Origin: PVC group bacterium
GTDB lineage: Bacteria > Verrucomicrobiota > Kiritimatiellia > CAIKKV01 > CAITUY01
Direction of reading: 5' to 3'
Assembly: GCA_945890715.1 (NCBI GenBank)
Contig: CAMDCX010000002.1
Location: 11,869-75,868, forward strand
Length of the DNA: 64,000 bases
Both the position numbers and the translations under genes were made by a program. Position 1 is the first letter of the stretch. Each line of letters starts with the position of its first letter. The notes under the pieces were generated by a model. It had not been told where the DNA came from and made no database searches. It worked only from the letters and a program-made list of their open reading frames with translations. Below are positions 52,889 to 62,940 of this stretch, piece after piece.

Positions 52889-54260
52889 ATCCGAAAATAC
52901 TGTCAGGGTGGACGCCGACCTTGCTACTCTGCGAAGTCAGCGAAGCCTGCCTTCGCTACGAAGCACGAGCCGGGCGGCGTCAGGAGCAAGGGGTCGTCTA
53001 TCGAGCGCCGACCGCGCCCGGAGGTCGCGGTCCACCTGTAAATCGGTAGTGGCTGTCTGTGTGGTGATGCTTGCCGTTCTGGCTGTCGCGGAGACGGGAT
53101 CCCTCTCCCTCGATCAGGTTGTCCGGGATGCGTTGAGCCGGAATCCCCGCCTGGTTGCCCTGGGGACTACACGGGACGCGATGTTGGAACGGCCTGTCCA
53201 GGCAACAAGTCTGCCCAATCCCATGTTTACCTATCGAGGAATGGACGCCACGTCGGGCGGTGCCTTCCCGAATACCTCGGAAAAACGGTTTGAAATCGAA
53301 CAGCCGCTTCCCGGTTATGGAAAGCGTGGATTGCGCGAAGCGGTGGCTGTGAATGAGGCGGGTGCGATGGGGGCCGAGGCGGAGGTCATGGCTCAGGAGG
53401 TGATCTTGATGGTTAAGGACGCTGCGTATGAACTTCAGGCGGTCCAGAAATCTTTGCTCATTACTCGGACTGAGGATGACCTTTTGAGCCGCATGACCAA
53501 GGTGGCGGAAGTGCGCTATGCCGCAGGGGAAGCGGCCCAGGTGGATGCGATCAAAGCCCGGACCGAGAGCACAATGCTCCAGCAAAAATTGGTAGAATTG
53601 GAAGGTCGCGAAAAGACACTCCAAGCCAAGCTCGCCTTTCTTATGAATCGCGATGCGGATCAAGCGCCGGTAACAATCCTTGCGCCGATTCCCGGTGGCG
53701 CGGTTCCTGATCCTGTGATTCTGGTCAAGTTGGCCCTGGGAAAACGGGCTGAGATCAAAGGGGCACAACTCAAGGTGGATCGGAGTGAGTTGCAACGTAA
53801 ACTGATGACGCGCGAATCCCAGCCGGACTACAAGGTGGGTCTGGAATACCGGGCGATTGAGCGTCAGGATGACATGGTGATGTTTATGGTGGGCGTCGAC
53901 CTGCCCTTGTGGCGTGGGAAAACCCGTGCGGCGATCCGTGAGGCGGGGATGATGGCCTCGGCGAGTGAGGCGGATCGCATGGCCATGGAGCGACAGGTGA
54001 CCCTTGATGTTCAATCGGCCTGCTACAAGGTGGCGACGGCCAGGAGAACGGTGGAGTTATACCAGAAGGAGTTGATTCCCCAGGCGGCCGTCCGGCTTCA
54101 GTCGAGTGAGGCGGGCTATCGCGCGGGTAAGGTGGATTTCAGCGACTGGCTGGAAAGTCAGCGGTTCGGTTTGACTGTTCGGATCATGGCTGTGATGGCC
54201 GAAGGCGAGTTGGGTTCGGGTTGGGCGGCACTGGAACGAGCCGTGGGAGGGAGCTTATGA
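52881..54260 (+). CDS. TolC-family outer membrane efflux protein (CusC-like by context)
   Basis: Two-repeat OEP pattern (LSLDQVVRDALSRNPRL..., coiled helices). The start is ambiguous (52848 or 52881), and an unusually long basic N-region precedes the hydrophobic segment. Confidence 0.75.
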   Translation: MNRSENTVRVDADLATLRSQRSLPSLRSTSRAASGARGRLSSADRARRSRSTCKSVVAVCVVMLAVLAVAETGSLSLDQVVRDALSRNPRLVALGTTRDAMLERPVQATSLPNPMFTYRGMDATSGGAFPNTSEKRFEIEQPLPGYGKRGLREAVAVNEAGAMGAEAEVMAQEVILMVKDAAYELQAVQKSLLITRTEDDLLSRMTKVAEVRYAAGEAAQVDAIKARTESTMLQQKLVELEGREKTLQAKLAFLMNRDADQAPVTILAPIPGGAVPDPVILVKLALGKRAEIKGAQLKVDRSELQRKLMTRESQPDYKVGLEYRAIERQDDMVMFMVGVDLPLWRGKTRAAIREAGMMASASEADRMAMERQVTLDVQSACYKVATARRTVELYQKELIPQAAVRLQSSEAGYRAGKVDFSDWLESQRFGLTVRIMAVMAEGELGSGWAALERAVGGSL

Positions 54261-55480
54261 ACTTCAAATGGCTTTTAGTGGTGTTGTTGGCGATGGGTAT
54301 GGTTTCGGCGATGGGGTGCTCGAAAAGGACGAAGACGGGCGGCGAGGCCGCCGCCCCTCCCATCAAGACGGTTGGCCGCTATCATTGTCCGATGCATCCG
54401 CAGATCGTGTCGGAGAAACCCGGCGAATGCCCGATTTGCGGGATGGACTTGGTGCCGGTTGAGGCGGCCGCGGGGCAGGAGGGGAAGAGCGGGGTGTCGG
54501 GGTTGGCACCGGTAACCCTTTCGACGGAAGCCCGACAGCGGATGGGCCTGAAATTGGGCGCCATTGAAAAAAGGGACATGGTCCGGATCCTCCGGTTGCC
54601 TGCCCGGATTGTCCCGGATGAAACCCGTCAGATCCGCGTGACCACCAAGATCGAGGGGTTTGTCGAGATATTGCATGTGTCGGCGACCGGTCAGGTGGTG
54701 AAAAAGGGGGATCCCTTGCTGACGATCTACAGCCCCGCTCTGGTTGCCTCACAGGAGGAGTACCTTGTCGCGTTGCAGTCCGGCATGAAGCCGCTCATTG
54801 AGGCGGCACGACAACGGCTTTTGAACTGGGATCTCACCGCAGATCAGATCTCAGCCTTGGAGAAGACTAATCGGGTGGAACGAACCATGACCCTGTATTC
54901 GCCGGTGGGCGGCGTTGTGACGGAGAAGACGCTGCTGGCCGGACAGAAGATTATGCCGGGAGAATCCCTGATGGTGGTGACGGATTGCTCCGTGGTGTGG
55001 GCGGAAGCCGATGTTGCTGAATCCGATCTGCCCCTGATTCGGGTGGGATTACCGGTTGAGTTGAGTTTTCCCAATCGGCCCGGCAAATCGGTTTCGGGCG
55101 AGGTGTCGTTTCTGCCGCCGGGTCTGAATGCGGAGACGCATACTTTGAAAGCAAGGGTCACGGTTTCCAATCCTGACGGAACGCTTAAACTGGGGATGTA
55201 TGCCGATGCCGGTCTTCGATTGACGCTCGGGGAGCGGACGGTTGTTCCGGAGACGGCAGTCATGCAGACCGGAACGCACAGTTATGTTTTCCGGGATGAC
55301 GGCGCGGGGAAACTGACGCCCATCGAGATCCGGATCGGGGTACGGAGCGATGGGTATTACGAGGTTCTTTCCGGGGTGGTCGCTGGTGACCAGGTGGTCA
55401 TTATGGCGAATTTTCTAGTGGACTCCGAGTCCTCCATCCGGGCGGCCATGGAGAGCCCTTCGGGCGATAAAATGCCATGA
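54257..55480 (+). CDS. cusB: RND efflux periplasmic adaptor with N-terminal heavy-metal-binding domain (CusB-like)
   Basis: Lipobox MVSAMGC. YHCPMHPQIVSEKPGECPICGMDLVP. HlyD-like barrel-sandwich. ATGA overlap with the upstream gene. Confidence 0.82.
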   Translation: MNFKWLLVVLLAMGMVSAMGCSKRTKTGGEAAAPPIKTVGRYHCPMHPQIVSEKPGECPICGMDLVPVEAAAGQEGKSGVSGLAPVTLSTEARQRMGLKLGAIEKRDMVRILRLPARIVPDETRQIRVTTKIEGFVEILHVSATGQVVKKGDPLLTIYSPALVASQEEYLVALQSGMKPLIEAARQRLLNWDLTADQISALEKTNRVERTMTLYSPVGGVVTEKTLLAGQKIMPGESLMVVTDCSVVWAEADVAESDLPLIRVGLPVELSFPNRPGKSVSGEVSFLPPGLNAETHTLKARVTVSNPDGTLKLGMYADAGLRLTLGERTVVPETAVMQTGTHSYVFRDDGAGKLTPIEIRIGVRSDGYYEVLSGVVAGDQVVIMANFLVDSESSIRAAMESPSGDKMP

Positions 55481-58400
55481 TTAACTCGATTATCACGTTT
55501 AGTTCGCGTAATCGGCTGCTGGTGATCGGGCTGGTGGCCATGTTGTCGGCCTATGCCTGGTATACCCTGCGGAACATCCCGGTCGATGCTATTCCTGACC
55601 TGAGCGATACCCAGGTGATTATCTACACCAAGTGGGATCGCAGCCCCGACATCATGGAGGATCAGGTGACGTATCCGGTCGTCACTGCGCTACTTGGTGC
55701 TCCAAAGGTGAAGGCGATCCGGGCCATCAGCGATTTCGGGTTCTCCTATGTCTATGTGATCTTCCAGGATGGCACGGATATCTACTGGGCGCGAAGCCGG
55801 GTAGTGGAATACCTGTCGAAGTTGCAGGGGAGTCTGCCAGCCGGGGTGACGCCGCAATTGGGGCCCGATGCGACTGGTGTCGGGTGGGTCTACCAGTATG
55901 CCCTGGTGGATCGAAGCGGGAAGCATGACCTGTCGGAGTTGCGGAGTTTTCAGGATTGGGTTCTGAAATATGCGCTGCAGAGCGTGCCGGGTGTGGCCGA
56001 GGTGGCGGGAATCGGCGGATTCCAGAAGCAGTACCAGGTGACGCTGGATCCGAACCGGTTGCAGGGCTACGGCCTGTCGATGATCGAAGTGGCCGATGCC
56101 ATCCGGAAGAGCAACAACGAGGTGGGTGGCCGGCTGATTGAGTGGAATGGCCGGGAATTCATGGTTCGCGCCCGGGGCTATATCCAGAAGCCGGACGCGC
56201 TCGCTCAGGTGGTCGTCAAGGCTGACCGGACCGGCACGCCGGTGCTGCTGCGTGATGTGGCCACGGTGGGGCTAGGCCCCCAGATGCGGCGCGGGGTTTC
56301 AGATTTGAACGGCGAGGGCGACACGGTGGGCGGCATTATTGTGATGCGTCACGGCGAAAATGCCCGGAGTGTTATTGAACGGGTCAAGGCCAAGCTGGCG
56401 GAACTGCAACCTTCCCTGCCGGCCGGCGTGGAGGTGGTGACGACCTATGACCGGTCTGAGCTGATTGATAAATCCATTCGCACCCTCAAGCATGAGTTGG
56501 TTCTGGAGATCATCATTGTCAGCTTGGTGATCCTGTTTTTCCTGCGGCACCTGCCCTCGGCGATCGTGCCTATTATTACGATTCCCGTTTCGGTGTTGGC
56601 CTGCTTTATTCCCATGTATTGGCTGGGAATCAGTTCCAACATCATGAGTCTGGCGGGGATTGCCATTTCCATTGGTGTGCTGGTGGATGGCGCCATCGTG
56701 GAGGTGGAGAACGCCTACAAGAAACTGGAGTTGTGGCAGGAGAAGGGGCGAGTAGGGGATTATCATCAGATCCGGTTGCAGGCGATGCTTGAAGTCGGGC
56801 CATCGGTTTTCTTTTCCCTGCTTGTGATTGCCGTGGCGTTTCTGCCGATTTTCACGCTGGTTGATCAGGAAGGGCGCCTGTTCAAGCCGTTGGCCTACAC
56901 CAAGACTCTGGCCATTGCCATTGCGGCACTGCTGGCCATCACGCTGGATCCGGCGGTACGCATGTCATTCACCCGGATGGAGCCGTTCCAGTTCCGGCCC
57001 CGGTGGCTGGCGAAGCTGGCGTCGATGATCGTGGTCGGCAAGTATTATCCCGAGGAAAAACATCCGGTCAGTCGGGTGCTGTTCAAGCTTTATGAGGGGC
57101 CCTGCCGCTGGGTGTTGCGCCACCCCAAGGCAGTGCTCCTGTCGGCGGTATTGATTGTGGCCACCACGGTGCCGGTGTTCCTGAAGCTGGGACATGAATT
57201 CATGCCGCCATTGAATGAGGAAGTCATTTTGTATATGCCGACAACGTTGCCCGGCATATCAGTGACCGAGGCCCAGCGCCTCATGGAGACGCAGGATCGG
57301 ATTTTTAAAGCCTTTCCTGAAGTGGTGTCTGTATTTGGCAAGGCGGGGCGCGCTGACACGTCGACCGATCCGGCGCCGTTCTCGATGATGGAGACCACGG
57401 TGGTGCTGAAGCCGCCGACCGAATGGCGGGCGAAGGAGCGCTGGTTTACCAAGTGGGCACCGAAGCCGGTTCGCGGGGCACTGGGCTATTTCTGGCCGGA
57501 ACGGATTTCCTGGGATGAGTTGATCGCCGAAATGGATCGGGCGATTAAGATTCCCGGCTGTGTGAATGGGTTCACCATGCCCATCAAGGCGCGGATCGAT
57601 ATGCTGTCCACGGGGATCCGCACGCCGGTTGGCATCAAGGTGTTCGGGTCGAGCACGGAGGAGATTGAGCGGGTGGGGGCCCGGCTTGAACCGATTCTGC
57701 AGAAGGTGCCCGGCACGCGGAGCGTGATTGCCGAGCGGACAGCCAGCGGCTATTTCGTGGATTTCGTGCCCCGTCGCGAGGCGTTGGCTCGGTACGGGTT
57801 GACGATCAATGATGTCCACGAGGTCATCATGTCCGCGGTCGGCGGGGTGGAGGTTTCCACCACGGTTGAAGGGCGTGAGCGATATACGATCAATGTGCGG
57901 TATGCCCGTGATTTCAGGTCCGATCTGGATCAACTGGAGCGGATTAAAGTGACCACGCCCGCAGGGATTCAGGTGCCGATGGGGCAATTGACGGAGATCA
58001 CGCTGAACCAAGGACCGGCGATGATCCGTGATGAAAACGGCATGCTGGTGGGGTATGTGTATGTGGATGTTGCCGGGCGTGATATTGGCGGCTATGTCGA
58101 GGAAGCCAAGCAGGCGGTGGCTCGGGATCTGAAATTGCCCACGGGCTATTCCCTGTCATGGAGCGGTCAGTATGAGAATATGCTGCGGGTTCGCGAGCGG
58201 CTCAAGCTGGTCATCCCGGCGACGATTCTGCTGATTTTTGTACTCCTGTATTTGAACACCAAGTCTGCCTTCAAAGCGATGGTGGTGATGCTGGCGGTTC
58301 CCTTTTCACTGGTCGGGGCCTTTTGGCTCCTGTATGCGCTGGGGTATAATTTATCTATTGCCACGTGGGTCGGGATGATCGCCCTGATGGGACTGGATGC

Positions 58401-58728
58401 TGAAACAGGCGTATTCATGCTTTTATTTCTGGATCTTTCCTATGATCAAGCGAAGCGGGAGGGGCGGCTTCGCAGCCTAGCCGATCTTCATGAGGCGATC
58501 GTTCATGGTGCGGTGAAACGGATCCGGCCCAAGCTGATGACCGTGGCTGCCGCCTCGATGGGCTTGATGCCGATTATGGGGTCCATGGGAACCGGCGCCG
58601 ATCTCATGAAGCGCGTCGCCGCGCCGATGGTAGGCGGCCTCGCCACCTCATTCCTGATGGAACTGCTGGTCTACCCGGCGATCTATCTGTTATGGAAGAC
58701 GCGATCAGCCGGGTTGTGTGGGCGGTAA
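55477..58728 (+). CDS. cusA: Heavy-metal efflux RND pump (CusA/CzcA family)
   Basis: The N-terminus, RNRLLVIGLVAMLSAYAWYTLRNIPVDAIPDLSDTQVIIYTKW...EDQVTYPV, closely parallels CusA. 1,083 aa with 12-TM RND architecture. Confidence 0.9.
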   Translation: MINSIITFSSRNRLLVIGLVAMLSAYAWYTLRNIPVDAIPDLSDTQVIIYTKWDRSPDIMEDQVTYPVVTALLGAPKVKAIRAISDFGFSYVYVIFQDGTDIYWARSRVVEYLSKLQGSLPAGVTPQLGPDATGVGWVYQYALVDRSGKHDLSELRSFQDWVLKYALQSVPGVAEVAGIGGFQKQYQVTLDPNRLQGYGLSMIEVADAIRKSNNEVGGRLIEWNGREFMVRARGYIQKPDALAQVVVKADRTGTPVLLRDVATVGLGPQMRRGVSDLNGEGDTVGGIIVMRHGENARSVIERVKAKLAELQPSLPAGVEVVTTYDRSELIDKSIRTLKHELVLEIIIVSLVILFFLRHLPSAIVPIITIPVSVLACFIPMYWLGISSNIMSLAGIAISIGVLVDGAIVEVENAYKKLELWQEKGRVGDYHQIRLQAMLEVGPSVFFSLLVIAVAFLPIFTLVDQEGRLFKPLAYTKTLAIAIAALLAITLDPAVRMSFTRMEPFQFRPRWLAKLASMIVVGKYYPEEKHPVSRVLFKLYEGPCRWVLRHPKAVLLSAVLIVATTVPVFLKLGHEFMPPLNEEVILYMPTTLPGISVTEAQRLMETQDRIFKAFPEVVSVFGKAGRADTSTDPAPFSMMETTVVLKPPTEWRAKERWFTKWAPKPVRGALGYFWPERISWDELIAEMDRAIKIPGCVNGFTMPIKARIDMLSTGIRTPVGIKVFGSSTEEIERVGARLEPILQKVPGTRSVIAERTASGYFVDFVPRREALARYGLTINDVHEVIMSAVGGVEVSTTVEGRERYTINVRYARDFRSDLDQLERIKVTTPAGIQVPMGQLTEITLNQGPAMIRDENGMLVGYVYVDVAGRDIGGYVEEAKQAVARDLKLPTGYSLSWSGQYENMLRVRERLKLVIPATILLIFVLLYLNTKSAFKAMVVMLAVPFSLVGAFWLLYALGYNLSIATWVGMIALMGLDAETGVFMLLFLDLSYDQAKREGRLRSLADLHEAIVHGAVKRIRPKLMTVAAASMGLMPIMGSMGTGADLMKRVAAPMVGGLATSFLMELLVYPAIYLLWKTRSAGLCGR

Positions 58729-58787
58729 TCCTCACTCATTCCCCTCTTACACATTCCGTTTGAACTCCCGCCCCTGCCGCAGCCCCC

Positions 58788-59087
58788 GTGGACGATAAAG
58801 TCAGGATCCTGGGCAGGGGAGTGAAAAGCCTGCGCCGAAAATTAGGGCTGACACAAGAGGAGCTTGGAAAATTGACAGGCGTTTCTCTTGGTGGCGTTCG
58901 GGCTTGGGAACGACAGCAGGGGATGCTGAAGCTCAAGGATGCATCCAAGGTGGCCATCCTATCAATCAAGGGTATTGGCAAGGCCGAGGCCCGGAAGCGG
59001 TTGGAGGCGATGAAGCCAGTAAAGAAGGTTGTAGCCAAGGTCAGGAAAGTCTCCAAGGGTGGTAAGGCGAGACGGCGAAAGAAATAA
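58788..59087 (+). CDS. XRE-family HTH protein with Lys/Arg-rich tail
   Basis: LRRKLGLTQEELGKLTGVSLGGVRAWERQQ. GTG start. Basic C-terminus KVRKVSKGGKARRRKK. Confidence 0.55.
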   Translation: MDDKVRILGRGVKSLRRKLGLTQEELGKLTGVSLGGVRAWERQQGMLKLKDASKVAILSIKGIGKAEARKRLEAMKPVKKVVAKVRKVSKGGKARRRKK

Positions 59088-59191
59088 GCGCTGAGGCCTT
59101 ATTTGCCTACTACCAGTCTACCCTGGGAACACGATGATGCGCGTGCTGAAAGGAGCCACCACGGCTCACGTGGTCCAATACGTTTGGGGTG

Positions 59192-60073
59192 TTACATCTC
59201 GGAATTGGATGAGCGGTAGAGTGATGGGGCCATGCCCAGATGGGCGGTGAATACGCGTGAAAAATAGAGAGGGTTTTCATAGCCGACGGCCTCCGCGATT
59301 TCCTTGATCGTGAGCGAGGTGCTGGAGAGCAGGTGCCGGGCGTTGTTGAGTCGTTGTTTCATCATGAAGTTGAAGGGAGATATCCCGAAAAGGGCGGTGA
59401 ATTGGCGATGGAAATAGTTCGGCGCTAAATTGACCCGGGCAGCGATATCCCGCAGGGAGGGATTTTGCTGGTAGTGTGATTGCATATAATCCACTGCCGA
59501 TTTCAATTGGTAGTACTGCGGATGAAAGGAGTCGAGTGTTGAGGCATCAAGGGCTCGCAACAGTCGCGCGATGGTAATCAACAGAAGCCCTTGAATCCGG
59601 CAGGCCGTTGCCGGTTGTGTGTCCTCACGGGGGGGCTGCATCCGGCCGTTATAGGGGGGGAACATGCGCGCCAACTTCCCGTAGCCATCAGGCCCCCAAC
59701 CGTCCTCCTTGCTTGACCAATGCTGCACCGGGGAAGATTGATCGAGAAGGTAGCGCAAATAGAGGGATTCCGGCATGAAGTGCAGCCAGTGGATGTCCAT
59801 TCGGTTTGAACAGTTCTGGGTTTTGAGCCGGAATCCGGAGATAAAGTAGATCTGGCCGGGAACCAACGGGACGTTGCCGATGTCGGTCCCGATACATGCC
59901 GATCCTGAGGTTGGCACGTAGAGTTTGTAGCATTGCTCAATTCCCGTCGAGGCCTTGGTCCAGGTCCGGTCGCAACGGGCGAAGCCGCCAGCCAGAACGA
60001 TAAGTTTGTAATTGTCGAGCACAGGCGATCTCCACGTTGTCCACAAGGTTAAGATCGTGCATGTTATTGTCAA
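59192..60073 (-). CDS. AraC-family transcriptional regulator
   Basis: C-terminal double HTH (LRDIAARVNLAPNYFHRQFTALFGISP...IKEIAEAVGYENPLYFSRVFTAHLGMAPSLYR) and an N-terminal cupin-like domain. The start is uncertain (TTG 60073, TTG 60046 or GTG 60022). Confidence 0.82.
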   Translation of the reverse strand: MTITCTILTLWTTWRSPVLDNYKLIVLAGGFARCDRTWTKASTGIEQCYKLYVPTSGSACIGTDIGNVPLVPGQIYFISGFRLKTQNCSNRMDIHWLHFMPESLYLRYLLDQSSPVQHWSSKEDGWGPDGYGKLARMFPPYNGRMQPPREDTQPATACRIQGLLLITIARLLRALDASTLDSFHPQYYQLKSAVDYMQSHYQQNPSLRDIAARVNLAPNYFHRQFTALFGISPFNFMMKQRLNNARHLLSSTSLTIKEIAEAVGYENPLYFSRVFTAHLGMAPSLYRSSNSEM

Positions 60074-60118
60074 GATTGTTTATGGCGTGATTGTGGGGGA
60101 AAAGTTACGCTCCGCACC

Positions 60119-61510
60119 ATGAATACTCCCGACATGATTTCCACAACGCCTCGCGGTAACAGTCCCGGCAGGCGGCCCATCTCCATGTTTCGCACAGCGG
60201 ATGGAGCTAATCATCTGTTGACGTTTGCCATGGTCTGCTGCCTGTTTTGCCTGTCAGGGCTGTGCAACGGCATGATCGATGTGCTCAACAAGCATTTCCA
60301 GAATTCGCTTCAGGTAAGCAAGGCCCAGTCCGCCCTCGTGCAGGGATTCTGGTATGGCGGATACTTCCTGCTGGCGCTTCCGGCGGGTCTGTTTGCCCGG
60401 CGATATGGGTATCGGGGCGGGATCCTTTTCGGTCTTATCGTCATTGTGATTGGTTGCGTCTGTTTTGTGCCGGTGACCCGGATTGTGGGGTCGCAGATGT
60501 TGATTTTTACGGTGTTTTTGCTGGCGCTAGGACTTGTGGCCAGCGGTTTTACCTTTATTGAGACCATCGCCAATCCCTACGCCACGGTATTGGGTGCGCC
60601 TGAAACAGGAGTCGCCCGCATCAATCTGGCGCAAAGCTGTAATGCCGTCGGCTGGATTTTCGGGCCGCTTCTGGGCGGGGCGTTCATCTTGTCCAAGACG
60701 GAAACTGTCAATACCAGCAACGCCGGTCTTTATGTGCCTTACCTGATTGTCGCCGGCATCGTGGTCATGCTGATCATCGCGTTTTTCCTGGTGCCTGTTC
60801 CTGAGATTCATGCCGGACAGGAGACCCGGCCCGGGGTGGATGGCAAGGTGCATGAACGCCCCCTGTTCAAGGAATGGCATTTTGTCCTGGCCGTTGTCTC
60901 CCAGTTCCTCTACTGCGCCGCGCAGACTGGGATATTCAGCTTTTTCATCAATTACATGAAGGATCCTGATTACACGCCGCTCCTGCCGTTATGGATGGCC
61001 GACCTGCTGCCTGCAAATATGAAATACGCTCAAGCCGGGGCCTGGCATATCACGGAATATTGCGCCAGCGCCATGCTCTCCCTGGCCTTCGTTTTGTTCA
61101 CTATCGGACGCTTCTCCGGCAGCGCCATTTTGCGGCGGGCGCCCGCCCACCGCGTACTGGGACTCTACGCCTCCTGTAATGTCCTGCTCATGGCACTTGT
61201 GTTTTTGGGCTTGGGCTGGGTTTCGGTGATTGCGTTGATGATGAGCTTTTTCTTCATGTCCATCATGTATCCCACCCACTTTGCCCTGGCTATCCGGGGG
61301 CTTGGGGAACGAACCAAAGTGGCGTCATCGTGGATGGTGACGGCCATTGTCGGCGGGGCGATCATGCCCATGTTCATGGGGTGGCTGGCCGATCGGTACT
61401 CCATGCGGATCGGCTTCCTGATGCCGCTGGCTTGTTTTGCCATTATCGCCTGCTATGGGTTCTTTTGGAAACGCACATTTGTCCGCGATATGGCGCCTCA
61501 AGAATCCTAA
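60119..61510 (+). CDS. MFS sugar transporter, FucP (fucose/glucose/galactose:H+ symporter) family
   Basis: FAMVCCLFCLSGLCNGMIDVLNKHFQNSLQVSKAQSALVQGFWYGGYFLLALPAG... and 12-TM architecture. Confidence 0.82.
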   Translation: MNTPDMISTTPRGNSPGRRPISMFRTADGANHLLTFAMVCCLFCLSGLCNGMIDVLNKHFQNSLQVSKAQSALVQGFWYGGYFLLALPAGLFARRYGYRGGILFGLIVIVIGCVCFVPVTRIVGSQMLIFTVFLLALGLVASGFTFIETIANPYATVLGAPETGVARINLAQSCNAVGWIFGPLLGGAFILSKTETVNTSNAGLYVPYLIVAGIVVMLIIAFFLVPVPEIHAGQETRPGVDGKVHERPLFKEWHFVLAVVSQFLYCAAQTGIFSFFINYMKDPDYTPLLPLWMADLLPANMKYAQAGAWHITEYCASAMLSLAFVLFTIGRFSGSAILRRAPAHRVLGLYASCNVLLMALVFLGLGWVSVIALMMSFFFMSIMYPTHFALAIRGLGERTKVASSWMVTAIVGGAIMPMFMGWLADRYSMRIGFLMPLACFAIIACYGFFWKRTFVRDMAPQES

Positions 61511-61567
61511 TCTTAATCGTAATCCTAATCGTAATCATAATCCTAATCCTAATCGTAATCATAATCA
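61508..61567 (+). repeat. (TAATCN)x10 hexanucleotide microsatellite
   Basis: Units taatct, taatcg, taatcc, taatcg, taatca, taatcc, taatcc, taatcg, taatca, taatca. The first TAA is the transporter stop codon. The repeat ends 1 nt before the SD AGGAGG of the next gene. Confidence 0.95.
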
Positions 61568-61582
61568 CAGGAGGTCGTTGTT

Positions 61583-62887
61583 ATGTTGCACGATGTCAGT
61601 CATGAGACAATGAAGTCGGTTTCCGGGGAAATCAAACTGTCCGGGAAGGATGTGGATGTGCTCCGCCGGTTGGCGGGTGATCTGGCCGCCATTGCTGCGT
61701 TACCCGTACATCGGGAAAAGGCCCGCCTTTGGACGGCCCTCAACGACCTGAAGTCTGAACGCCCCATGGTATGGATCAACGAAATCTGCTGGAACGAAAT
61801 GGACGTGGATGGTGAACTGACGCTCCAGGCCGAGCATCCCTGGGCCCGGGACCAGGAGCGCGCGATTCGGCAGACGATCTACCAGTGGCGCCATCTTCCT
61901 GCCGATATGATTGTGAATGACTATCTGGCCTGTCCGTTGGCCATTGAAGACAGTGGATGGGGCATCCATGAGGATGTGGAAGTCGTCAAAACGGATGACT
62001 CAAACGAGGTAGTGTCGCGGCATTTTCACAAACAGATCTGCGAGTTGGAAGATCTGGACAAGATCAGAATGCCGGTCGTCACGCACAATGTGGCGGAGAC
62101 GGAAGCCCGCTTTCAGCTCATGAATTCAGTCTATGCGGGGATCATGCCGGTGAAGAAGGTGGGCCAATCCCACATCTGGTTCACGCCCTGGGACTTCCTG
62201 ATCCGGTGGTGGGGGATCGAGGACGCCATGACCGATATGTATGACCGTCCGGAATTGGTCCACGCCGCCGTGGAGCGGATGGCGGATGCCTGGATGGTGG
62301 AAATGGACCAGTTCGAGGCGCAGGGTCTCTTGGCTTTGGATAACAATAATACGCGCGTGGGATCGGGGGGGTACGGCTATGTGTCCTCCCTGCCGGGAAA
62401 GGACTTTCAGTCCGATCATGTGAAGCCGCACAACATGTGGGGCTGTTCCAATGCCCAGATCTTTTCAGAGGTCTCGCCTGAAATGCATTGGGAGTTTGCC
62501 ATCCAGCACGACCTGCGCTGGCTCAAGCGGTGGGGGCTAACCTATTACGGTTGCTGTGAACCCCTGGACGGTAAGGCGGAGATCCTGAAACGCATCCCCA
62601 ACCTGCGAAAAGTTTCCGTCAGTCCCTGGTGCAAGAGTGAGCGGGCTGTGTCGGACTTGGGCGGCAAGTATGTGCTAAGCCGCAAGCCCAGCCCGGCGAT
62701 TCTGGCCGAGGATAACTGGCATCCCGATCGGGCGCGGGCCGACTTGGTGAAATTCATGGAAGCGACCGGTGGCGCCTGCCATGTGGAACTGATCATGAAG
62801 GATATCTCAACCCTTCGCTACAAGCCCCAGCGCTTGTGGGAGTGGTCGCGGATTGCGATGGAAGTGGCTGAGGAATTTGCCCGATAA
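61583..62887 (+). CDS. Conserved-looking hypothetical protein (434 aa), cytoplasmic; possibly a URO-D/TIM-barrel-like enzyme linked to the sugar locus
   Basis: Strong SD (AGGAGG, 8-nt spacer). Long ORF with balanced composition and no signal peptide. Motifs YYGCCEPLD and RKVSVSPW. No family confidently recognised. Confidence 0.6.
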   Translation: MLHDVSHETMKSVSGEIKLSGKDVDVLRRLAGDLAAIAALPVHREKARLWTALNDLKSERPMVWINEICWNEMDVDGELTLQAEHPWARDQERAIRQTIYQWRHLPADMIVNDYLACPLAIEDSGWGIHEDVEVVKTDDSNEVVSRHFHKQICELEDLDKIRMPVVTHNVAETEARFQLMNSVYAGIMPVKKVGQSHIWFTPWDFLIRWWGIEDAMTDMYDRPELVHAAVERMADAWMVEMDQFEAQGLLALDNNNTRVGSGGYGYVSSLPGKDFQSDHVKPHNMWGCSNAQIFSEVSPEMHWEFAIQHDLRWLKRWGLTYYGCCEPLDGKAEILKRIPNLRKVSVSPWCKSERAVSDLGGKYVLSRKPSPAILAEDNWHPDRARADLVKFMEATGGACHVELIMKDISTLRYKPQRLWEWSRIAMEVAEEFAR

Positions 62888-62940
62888 GCCTGTTACAGGA
62901 GGGATGTGGTAACGGGTGCTTCGGCCTCCGCCTGATTGAA

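Noticed and set aside
61508-61567. Possibility that the regular repeat is a CRISPR array
   Set aside because: The units are 6 nt with no spacers, and no cas genes are present. It is a microsatellite, not a CRISPR array.
61330-61605. 91-aa ORF translating the hexamer repeat as ILILIVILIVIIILILIVIII
   Set aside because: Most of it lies out of frame inside the transporter gene. The hydrophobic run is simply the ATC-NTA reading of (TAATCN)n. There is no start context.
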